A DNA stretch of 32,000 bases from Edaphobacter aggregans. GTDB lineage: Bacteria; Acidobacteriota; Terriglobia; Terriglobales; Acidobacteriaceae. The notes beneath the pieces were generated by a model. The model was not told the origin of the DNA and searched no databases. It was given only the letters and a program-made list of their open reading frames with translations. Where the stretch lies: assembly GCF_003945235.1 (NCBI RefSeq), contig NZ_RSDW01000001.1:2100001-2132000 (forward strand), read 5' to 3'. Numbering within the stretch: position 1 is the first letter of the stretch; every line of letters starts with the position of its first letter. Made by a program: the position numbers and the translations under genes. Shown in pieces: positions 24,796 through 31,732 of the stretch.

Positions 24796-26352
24796 TTACT
24801 GCTGAGGCGAAGCAGTTCCGGTGGCCGCTGCGGCGCCTTCATGCACACCAATTGCGGCGCCCGAGACTACCATCTCCACACGTCGATTCTGCTGGCGTCC
24901 GCTGGCAGTATTGTTGTCAGCCACCGGCCTTGTCTTGCCGAAGCCCGCCGCCGTAATATTGTCCGGCTGAACCCCCTGTTTCACCAGGAAGTCCCGCACC
25001 GCTTCCGCACGATTCTCCGAGAGTTTCTGGTTCATCTCGTCACTGCCCACGCTATCGGTGTGTCCTTCCACCTGCAGCTTCAGACCGGGGTACGACAGCA
25101 GAATTCCCGATACCTTTGCCAGGCTGATCTCCGTATCCGGCTTCAGCGTGTATTTGCCGGTGTCAAACAGCACATCCGACATATTTACGATTAGCCCACG
25201 CGCAGACTCACTCGTCGCCAGTACGCTATTAAGTTGCCCGCGCAGTCTCTCACGAGCATCATTTGCGCTCTGAGCGCTTTTAGTCGCTTCAGCCGCTTCA
25301 GCCTCGGCACGAGCGCGTTGAGCATCCGCCTCAGCCTGCGCTGCACGTGCTCGCTCAGCCTCAAGCTGCGCCTGTTGGCTCTGCAATTCGGACTGCTGCG
25401 CCTGGTTCTGAGCATCCCGCTTGGCGATCTCTGCGTTCAACTGCCTCTCAGCAGCCTGTTTCCGCAGCGTAACCAGCCGGGCATCCTCAGACCGCTGCAC
25501 CGCCTGACGCGCAAACGTGATCTCCATCTTGCGATCGGGCTTTTTACTATTATCGATGTCAGTGGCATTCTTTAGATCCAGCTTCGCCTCCTCCATGATG
25601 TCCGGAGCGTACTTGTCTGCGCCCGCCACTTGGGCAATTCGAACGGCGTTGTTGGCCTGATACAGTTCCAGCGGCGACTTCTCATCCCGCGTAATCGGAT
25701 TCGTAACCGTCTTCGACCCTTCCGTATCGGCATACGTTCCACGCGGCAGCAACGAGTAGTGCGCATTCACCTTCTCCAACACACCGTTCGTCTTGTCTTC
25801 GATAATCACATTCTGCAAAACCACCACGTCGCTCGGCTGCGTCACCGAGAAGTAGGGCTCCGCCGTCACAATCAATCCAAACGACTGCAACGCCGTCGTC
25901 ACCTCGATATTGTTCTTCGTGCCCGCCGGTAAAACCTCACCCAAGTTATTCGGACGCCCATCAGGCGTGATCGCCCACAACACATACGTCAGATACTCCG
26001 GCCCGAAGCCGTTGGCCGGCGTTAGCCCCTCAAACTTCGCCTCAATCGTTAGACCTCCGCGCTCGCTGGTGACCTTAGCTTCCCCCTTAGCCAACGGCAG
26101 TAGCGTAGTTCCCTTGAAGCCAATCCTCGTCGAACCACTGCGATGCAGATAATTCACCGCATCCAGATCGCGTTGCACCACTTTCACGCGATACAGATAG
26201 ACACCGTTGTCCTGTTTCTTAATGTCCTCTTGCGCCTGCGTGGATGGCATTTGGGACGTGGGATTCGGTTCCTGGGAAAACATCACCGACGGAGCAACGC
26301 TGCAAAGCCCCGTCATAAGAAGGGCTGAAAAGAATTTCTGACCGTAGTTCAT
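24796..26352 (-). CDS. OmpA-family protein: signal peptide, N-terminal beta-rich domain, a long Q/A/E-rich coiled-coil and a C-terminal OmpA/MotB peptidoglycan-binding domain.
   Basis: The C-terminus reads LKLQVEGHTDSVGSDEMNQKLSENRAEAVRDFLVKQGV...RRVEMVV. ATG at 26352 lies 8 nt after AAGGAGA. The N-terminus FFSALLMTGLCSVAPSVMF is signal-like. Confidence 0.85.
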   Translation of the reverse strand: MNYGQKFFSALLMTGLCSVAPSVMFSQEPNPTSQMPSTQAQEDIKKQDNGVYLYRVKVVQRDLDAVNYLHRSGSTRIGFKGTTLLPLAKGEAKVTSERGGLTIEAKFEGLTPANGFGPEYLTYVLWAITPDGRPNNLGEVLPAGTKNNIEVTTALQSFGLIVTAEPYFSVTQPSDVVVLQNVIIEDKTNGVLEKVNAHYSLLPRGTYADTEGSKTVTNPITRDEKSPLELYQANNAVRIAQVAGADKYAPDIMEEAKLDLKNATDIDNSKKPDRKMEITFARQAVQRSEDARLVTLRKQAAERQLNAEIAKRDAQNQAQQSELQSQQAQLEAERARAAQAEADAQRARAEAEAAEATKSAQSANDARERLRGQLNSVLATSESARGLIVNMSDVLFDTGKYTLKPDTEISLAKVSGILLSYPGLKLQVEGHTDSVGSDEMNQKLSENRAEAVRDFLVKQGVQPDNITAAGFGKTRPVADNNTASGRQQNRRVEMVVSGAAIGVHEGAAAATGTASPQQ

Positions 26353-26564
26353 ACGCAAATTCTCCTTGGACGTTCACACTGCGATATTCGGCATGTCTGA
26401 CTGAGTGCCTGATATATCGCACCGTTCTAATGCGATGCGCCGGAGACAGGAAAAGGTAGTACGAAATCCCTTACGCACGAACGCGCAAGACGAGGCGGCA
26501 CCTTGGAAAAGGTTGCTCGGAAATCAGGAATTGTCACGGAGAAAAGAAATCTAAACCACTTCCA

Positions 26565-26610
26565 TCGCGCTCCCTTCTCCCCATCAACGATCGGGAAAAG
26601 GGGAGCGCGA
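26565..26610 (-). terminator. Hairpin immediately downstream of the GvpL/F-like gene; a possible terminator.
   Basis: A perfect 10-bp stem, tcgcgctccc / gggagcgcga, begins 5 nt after the stop at 26616. The loop is large (26 nt) and there is no immediate U-tract, only T-rich sequence further on. Confidence 0.4.
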
Positions 26611-26615
26611 CAGAC

Positions 26616-27347
26616 TCAAGCGTGCGGCTGCGAACTCGAGCGATGCACAAAGTGGTACGGAGGCCACGGGCCTGACAACTGCATGCGGCACTCCTTCAAC
26701 TGCTGTGTAGCGGAGGTGTACTTGTTCTGATACCGCTCCACCGTCTTGTTGTCGATCAGGTGGGCGATATCCAGAAGCATCTTCCCGGAGTCCATACGCT
26801 TGCACGTAATCTCCTCGGCAAGAGGAAGAAACATGCGATGCATCTGGACCGAGAGTGCGCGGGCCTTGGACTGGCGTTCCCGCTGCCGGGCTGCGCTCTC
26901 ACGCAGGCTGGTCAGGTATTGCTGGCCGACCGTCATGTCCCGAGCAGAATTGCCGGGGCACGTGTCGTCCACTAGGACCTTCAAGTGCATCTCCGCTTTA
27001 CCGCGCAGACGCTCTACATTGGCCATGAAGTGACGTTGATTAGAGCGGACCGAGCGGCGCAGCGCGTCGTCGTCAGCAAAAGTTGTGTTGAACCGAAAGG
27101 GCAGAACAGTGGAGTGTTTGAAGCATTCAGCGATGACCCGGGCGTGGTCCTTGGCAGCCTGCTGGTCCATCCGTTCACTGTCTTCGGGCGTGTGCTCGGA
27201 GACGATCACGGCCAGATCGCTGGCTGGAAAGAGGAATGTTTGATTACCAAATAGACCCGAAACTCCCGTTAAGGGCATCGGGCGGCGGTGCCGGCAAAGT
27301 TCCGGAAAGGCCTGTCTCTCTGCAATACAGTAGGCGTACCATGCCAT
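26616..27347 (-). CDS. GvpL/GvpF-family (gas-vesicle accessory protein-like) protein, with no other gvp genes nearby.
   Basis: The N-terminal YAYCIAE..., GVSG...LAVIVSEHTPED, DHARVIAECFKHSTVLPFRFNTTF and LRGKAEMHLKV follow the pattern I recall for GvpF/GvpL. The ~243-aa length fits. ATG at 27347 follows GGAAGG. Confidence 0.72.
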   Translation of the reverse strand: MAWYAYCIAERQAFPELCRHRRPMPLTGVSGLFGNQTFLFPASDLAVIVSEHTPEDSERMDQQAAKDHARVIAECFKHSTVLPFRFNTTFADDDALRRSVRSNQRHFMANVERLRGKAEMHLKVLVDDTCPGNSARDMTVGQQYLTSLRESAARQRERQSKARALSVQMHRMFLPLAEEITCKRMDSGKMLLDIAHLIDNKTVERYQNKYTSATQQLKECRMQLSGPWPPYHFVHRSSSQPHA

Positions 27348-27368
27348 GTCGTTACCTTCCAAAACACG

Positions 27369-27393
27369 CTGAGGGGTCTGACCGCCCCATCAG
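27369..27393 (-). promoter_or_regulatory. Terminator- or attenuator-like hairpin directly upstream of the GvpL/F RBS.
   Basis: The minus strand reads CTGAtGGGG-cggtcaga-CCCCTCAG, then cgtgTTTT, then GGAAGGtaacgacATG. This is 8 bp with one bulge and a short U-run. Confidence 0.35.
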
Positions 27394-27909
27394 GGTAGTT
27401 GTTTGTCATACTCACACTGAAACGGAAGTTGTCTGGAAACGCTTCATTTCGTAAATGGTTTGGATTCTGGCGCGTGCGCGATATGCGAACTGTACCGAAG
27501 CCGAGAGGGATACTATGCCTATCGAAATACGATTGGCAATACTTTCGTCAGAGAAATTTGCACCGCACCCGATGCAACCTGAGCACCCCTATTGAAATAG
27601 CTGAAAACCCAAGGAATTGAAGGATTCGCCCCGGCAGCATCCAAGTGGTGGGACCTCTCGATTTACCGGACAGCGGGCCGTCCCGGCAGCCAGTCACGTC
27701 AGGAAGAAGCCTTGTCCGTCTTCTCTTGGGAAGCTTTGACTGTCTTCCACGACGGCGGATCGGAGGCTGTCTCGCGCTTCGGCATCGAATCTTCCGGACT
27801 CGATATCCCCACTAAACGCAACACTTTTCCAATCGCACGAACAACCGGATGCATAGAAGTCCTATCTAAACTCAACGTCACGCTATTTTAGACCCCTGAT
27901 TCGAACCCT

Positions 27910-29094
27910 ATGAGCACATACAAAAAAACCACGCCCCCCCGCACGCGAGGTCTAGAGATCCTTATTTTTCTGTGCCTGCTCTCAGGCGTTCTAACCCGCT
28001 CGGCGAGGTCACAAACGGATGCAAAACCGCCTGCCCCCCCGCCGGACGTCGTCGTCTTTCAGAACGGCGACCAGCTCACCGGGACTCTCGTGCGCGGCAC
28101 AGGCGATAGCGTGATCTTCAAAAGCGACGTCGTCGGTGAGGTCACCGTACCCTTGGCCAAAGTGAAGGAACTGCGCTCCCAAGGCAGCTTTATCGTCCTC
28201 CGCAAGGATGAGAAGATTACTCGGGCCTCCAGGCAGCCCGGCACCATCACCGTCAATGACACCACGGTCACAGCGGCCCCGGCCAGCGGACCCCCGCAGC
28301 CGGTCCCGGTCAAGGAGCTTGCCTACATCATCGACAGCGCGACCTACAACAAGGAGGTCACCAGCAACCCAGGCATCTGGTACGGATGGAACGGATCGAT
28401 CACCGGGGGAGCCAACGTCCTACAGTCCACCTCTTATGGTCAAACCCTGACCGCTGGCATCTCTCTCATTCGTGCCATTCCGACTGTGTCCTATCTGCCG
28501 CGTCGCACCCGCACCACGTTCAATCTGCTCCAGAGCTACGGCAAACTGACCCAGCCCACCGTCCCCCAGACCAACCCGCCCACGCCCGACTCCGTTGCGA
28601 AAACGAACATCTTCCACACCGACTTCGAGCATGACAAGTACATCACCTCTCGCGTCTTCGTTCTGGCCGGCCTCTCCTTCGACCACAACTACTCGCAGGG
28701 CCTGAACTTTGCTCAGCTCTACGGCGGTGGTATCGGCTGGACCGCGATTCTGACCCCTACCCAGGAACTTGATCTCAGAACCGACGTGCACTACCAGCGA
28801 CAGAACTTCGTTGCACCCACCCCGAACGAGGACCTCATTGGTTCGAGCTTCGGCGCGGCCTACTCGCGCACGTTTCCGCACAAGTTTCTCTTCACCGCGA
28901 GCGGGACCTACATCCAGTCGTGGAATAACTTCGACGCCTACTCGGCTATTGGAGCGGCTGGCCTTGCGCTTCCTGTCTACCATCGCTTCAGCCTGAGCCT
29001 GAACGTGCTCAATACCTACCTCAACAACCCGGCCATCGGCTTCCAGAGGAACAGCTTCCAATTCATAACCGGGGTCACTTACACCCTCCACTAG
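27910..29094 (+). CDS. DUF481-like outer-membrane beta-barrel protein.
   Basis: There is a signal peptide (ILIFLCLLSGVLTRSARS). The N-terminal motif is VVFQNGDQLTGTLV...VIFKSDVVGEVTVPLAKVKEL. Alternating-pattern strands run to the C-terminus (FITGVTYTLH). Confidence 0.65.
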   Translation: MSTYKKTTPPRTRGLEILIFLCLLSGVLTRSARSQTDAKPPAPPPDVVVFQNGDQLTGTLVRGTGDSVIFKSDVVGEVTVPLAKVKELRSQGSFIVLRKDEKITRASRQPGTITVNDTTVTAAPASGPPQPVPVKELAYIIDSATYNKEVTSNPGIWYGWNGSITGGANVLQSTSYGQTLTAGISLIRAIPTVSYLPRRTRTTFNLLQSYGKLTQPTVPQTNPPTPDSVAKTNIFHTDFEHDKYITSRVFVLAGLSFDHNYSQGLNFAQLYGGGIGWTAILTPTQELDLRTDVHYQRQNFVAPTPNEDLIGSSFGAAYSRTFPHKFLFTASGTYIQSWNNFDAYSAIGAAGLALPVYHRFSLSLNVLNTYLNNPAIGFQRNSFQFITGVTYTLH

Positions 29095-29120
29095 GTCGGA
29101 TTTTTTTAGAGGGTGTTTTG
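29081..29120 (+). terminator. Possible terminator for the DUF481-like gene.
   Basis: An 8-bp stem, acaccctc / gagggtgt, encloses the stop codon and a T7 run (20-nt loop) and is followed by tttt. The large loop weakens the call. Confidence 0.3.
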
Positions 29121-29222
29121 ATGGTGGTTTTGCGAAAAATGGGCGGAACTTGATGGTTTTTGGTGGTTAGTAAGCGGTAAAAAGTGCGGTAAGTGTGGTT
29201 TGTTGGTGGCTGTTTTTTGGCT
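29101..29222. repeat. G+T-rich (C+A-rich on the minus strand) low-complexity tract with reiterated TGATGGT / GGTGGTT words.
   Basis: Reiterated words include ttgatggtggtttt, ttgatggtttttggtggtt and gtttgttggtggctgtttttt. There is almost no C for ~120 nt, and stop codons occur in all plus-strand frames. Confidence 0.5.
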
Positions 29223-29360
29223 TCTGAAAGCGTGCCAGTTTTCTTCTGTGGAAATTCTGAGCCTGACTCAAGGCAGGTGGAAGGGTCACTTTCTCTCCCC
29301 CTTCAGACCGCCCGCGCGGCAACCTCATGGTTGAAAGGTACGAACGGTTTTGCTGGGGTT

Positions 29361-29470
29361 GGTACCCTCGGGGTCCTTCGACTGCCCCTTCGACTCGCTT
29401 CGCTCGCTCAGGGTCCGCTCAGGATGACGCTCTTTGAGGGGTTGGTGGCACGGCTGAAGCCGTGCCCTTA
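29361..29470. repeat. REP/MITE-like structured intergenic element.
   Basis: Short direct repeats are ccttcgact (29375 and 29387) and cgctcagg (29405 and 29416). A perfect hairpin, ggcacggc-tgaa-gccgtgcc, lies at 29447-29466, 27 nt after the fumarate hydratase stop. Confidence 0.5.
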
Positions 29471-29492
29471 AGCAAACGAAACTTCAGTGTGA

Positions 29493-31040
29493 TTACTGCA
29501 GGATGGGTACCCCGGCGAGGTTGTCGGCTATGCGGGCCTTCCACTCTGCCGGGCCTGTGTTGTGGACGCTGGTGCCTTTGCTGTCGACTGCTACGGTTAC
29601 GGGCATGTCTTTGACGTCGAATTCGTAGATGGCTTCCATACCGAGGTCTTCGAAGGCAAGGACCTTGCTGCTCTTGATGGCCTTGGAGACGAGGTAGGCT
29701 GCGCCGCCTACGGCCATAAGGTATACGGCTTCGTGGTCGCGGATGGCTTCGATGGCGGCGGGGCCGCGTTCGGCTTTGCCAACCATGCCCAGGAGGCCGG
29801 TCTGGTCGAGCATCTGGCGGGTGAACTTGTCCATGCGCGTAGCTGTGGTGGGGCCGGCGGGGCCAACGGCTTCGTCGCGGACGGCGTCGACGGGGCCGAC
29901 GTAGTAGATGAAGCGGCCACGGAGGTCTACGGGCAGGGTTTCGCCGCGGTTGAGCATGTCGGTCATGCGCTTGTGGGCGGCGTCGCGGCCGGTGAGAAGC
30001 TTGCCGGATAGGAGGAGGACTTCGCCGGGCTTCCAGGTGCGGACTTCGTCGTGGGTGACGGTGTCGAGGTTCACGCGGCGGGCGCTGGAGACGTCGTAGG
30101 TGAGGGTGGGCCAGGATTCGAGTGAGGGTGGGTCGAGGGCCACGGGGCCGCTGCCGTCGAGGTGGATGTGGGCGTGGCGGGTGGCGGCGCAGTTGGGGAT
30201 CATGGCGACGGGGAGGTTGGCCGCGTGGGTGGGGTAGTCGAGGATTTTGACGTCGAGGACGGTGGTGAGCCCGCCGAGGCCCTGGGCTCCGATGCCTAGG
30301 TGATTGATCTTGTCGTGGAGCTCGATGCGGAGGGCTTCGAGTTTGTTTAGCTTTTGGCCTTCAGCCGCGCGGGCTTTGAGCTCCTGCATGTCGATGGGGT
30401 CCATGAGGGACTCTTTGGCCATGACCATAGCCTTTTCGGCGGTGCCGCCGATGCCGATGCCGAGCATGCCGGGGGGGCACCAGCCTGCGCCCATGGTGGG
30501 GACGGTCTTTAACACCCAGTCGACGATGGAGTCGGAGGGGTTGAGCATGGCGAACTTGGATTTGGCCTCGGAGCCTCCGCCTTTGGCGGCGACAGTGATG
30601 TCGACTTCGGCGCCAGGGACCATCTCGACGGAGACTACTGCGGGGGTGTTGTCGCCGGTGTTTTTGCGGGAGAACGCTGGGTCGCTGAGGATGCTGGCAC
30701 GGAGCTTGTTGTCAGGATAGTTGTAGGCCTGGCGGACGCCCTCGTCGACCATCTGCTGGATAGTGAGGAGGGGTTTGCCGGAGTTGTCCCAGCGGGTCTC
30801 CATGCCGAGCTTGATGAAGGCGGTGACGATGCCGGTGTCCTGACAGACGGGGCGGTGGCCTTCGGCGCACATACGCGAGTTGATGAGGATCTGGGCCATG
30901 GCGTCTTTGGCTGCGGGGGACTGCTCGAGCTCGTATGCGCGGCTGAGGTTGGTGATGAAGTCCTCGGGGTGGTAGTAGGAGATGTATTGGAGGGCGTCGG
31001 CGACGGATTGGATGAAGTCGGATTGCTTGATGGTGGCCAT
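29493..31040 (-). CDS. Class I (Fe-S dependent) fumarate hydratase, fused alpha/beta form.
   Basis: The 515-aa protein has the N-terminal domain with the VCQDTGIV motif, then GGGSEAKSKF and GWCPPGMLGIGIGG. The C-terminal beta-domain has LLSGKLLTGRDAAHKR and VGPAGPTTATRMD. Confidence 0.93.
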   Translation of the reverse strand: MATIKQSDFIQSVADALQYISYYHPEDFITNLSRAYELEQSPAAKDAMAQILINSRMCAEGHRPVCQDTGIVTAFIKLGMETRWDNSGKPLLTIQQMVDEGVRQAYNYPDNKLRASILSDPAFSRKNTGDNTPAVVSVEMVPGAEVDITVAAKGGGSEAKSKFAMLNPSDSIVDWVLKTVPTMGAGWCPPGMLGIGIGGTAEKAMVMAKESLMDPIDMQELKARAAEGQKLNKLEALRIELHDKINHLGIGAQGLGGLTTVLDVKILDYPTHAANLPVAMIPNCAATRHAHIHLDGSGPVALDPPSLESWPTLTYDVSSARRVNLDTVTHDEVRTWKPGEVLLLSGKLLTGRDAAHKRMTDMLNRGETLPVDLRGRFIYYVGPVDAVRDEAVGPAGPTTATRMDKFTRQMLDQTGLLGMVGKAERGPAAIEAIRDHEAVYLMAVGGAAYLVSKAIKSSKVLAFEDLGMEAIYEFDVKDMPVTVAVDSKGTSVHNTGPAEWKARIADNLAGVPILQ

Positions 31041-31042
31041 GG
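31005..31042. repeat. Direct repeat copy A: codons 1-12 of the fumarate hydratase gene plus 2 nt of leader.
   Basis: The sequence is ggattggatgaagtcggattgcttgatggtggccatgg. It is 36/38 identical to 31571-31608. Confidence 0.9.
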
Positions 31043-31121
31043 GTCTCTGATCTCTAGTGTAATTTTAGGTGTATCGGCGAATTCTCGCTGAATCGAGGGA
31101 ACGACGTGGTTTTGAAAGAGG

Positions 31122-31565
31122 GTGTCTCGGGTGGCCAGTGAATCCAACGTTGCGGTGTGGGCTACTGCAAAGTCAACTCATAGCGGAAATGGGAGAGCAA
31201 TAATATTCCGCTTCGCTAAAGAATTTCAACCTCACTTCGATCGAACCTCTCAGCCTGACCGGATCATTCTCGTTTGGAGGTATGAGTCCGAAACTGGGCA
31301 GCCGCTGAGCGATGAACATCAGCGAATGAATCTTCTTGAAGACATGCTCGGACCAGCCCTCTTTGAGGGAGAATTTGCCACACTTGCACTTGTTTCAACG
31401 GGTGAAAACCTGCGTGAATGGATTTATTACACCAAGTCCGAAGATGAATTCATGGATAAGCTCAACGAAGCGCTTGCCGAAACCGCATTTCCTATCGAAA
31501 TTCACACGGCAGCCGATCCGACTTGGGAAACGTATGAAGAGTTCATAAGGAACTTACGAACTTAG
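31122..31565 (+). CDS. DUF695-like small cytoplasmic protein. The start is uncertain: GTG 31122 or GTG 31131.
   Basis: The pattern W....G.AIIF......P..I.V.Y....GQP...E...LEDML...L...FA.LV..TGENLREWIYY matches my recollection of DUF695. The ORF lies between the two copies of the fum 5' repeat. Confidence 0.6.
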   Translation: MSRVASESNVAVWATAKSTHSGNGRAIIFRFAKEFQPHFDRTSQPDRIILVWRYESETGQPLSDEHQRMNLLEDMLGPALFEGEFATLALVSTGENLREWIYYTKSEDEFMDKLNEALAETAFPIEIHTAADPTWETYEEFIRNLRT

Positions 31566-31570
31566 CTAAG

Positions 31571-31608
31571 GGACTGGATGAAGTCGGATTGCTTGACGGT
31601 GGCCATGG
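31571..31608. repeat. Direct repeat copy B: an orphan duplicate of the fumarate hydratase start.
   Basis: The sequence is ggactggatgaagtcggattgcttgacggtggccatgg. On the minus strand it reads ATG GCC ACC GTC AAG CAA TCC GAC TTC ATC CAG TCC CTT AGC TAA (MATVKQSDFIQSLS*). Confidence 0.9.
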
Positions 31609-31732
31609 TTTCGTACGTCTCCGATCGATCTTAGAGCCTGAGGGGAGGCTCGATCCAAACAGCAGTGATGAGTGTCACCTTAAAAGGGCCAGAGATGAGC
31701 GATCCTAGTAAGTTGAGGCACAGGAGGGCGCC

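Noticed and set aside
25190-25440. Repetitive GCN/CAG/GAA-rich DNA in the OmpA-family gene.
   Set aside because: It reflects the Q/A/E-rich coiled-coil coding sequence. I could not define any exact tandem DNA repeat unit.
27399-27620. A 73-aa plus-strand ORF in the low-GC gap.
   Set aside because: It has no RBS, its Arg/Lys/Phe/Trp-rich composition is odd, and it lies in AT-richer DNA where random ORFs of this size are expected.
27699-27881. A small minus-strand ORF of 60 aa (51 aa from ATG 27854), MHPVVRAIGKVLRLVGISSPEDSMPKRETASDPPSWKTVKASQEKTDKASS.
   Set aside because: It has only a weak AGGA upstream and I recognise no family. It would leave just 55 nt for two divergent promoters with the DUF481-like gene. 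I kept it as a possibility inside the finding on the 27348-27909 gap rather than calling it a gene.
28420-29091. A 223-aa minus-strand ORF opposite the DUF481-like gene.
   Set aside because: It is a Val/Gly/Arg/Glu-rich shadow ORF. The plus-strand frame has a signal peptide and a beta-barrel pattern.
29193-29471. A 92-aa plus-strand ORF (…GVLRLPLRLASLAQGPLRMTLFEGLVARLKPCP).
   Set aside because: It lies entirely on the GT-rich/REP-like intergenic element. It starts with a non-ATG codon, has no RBS, and its sequence is dictated by the repeats and the hairpin.
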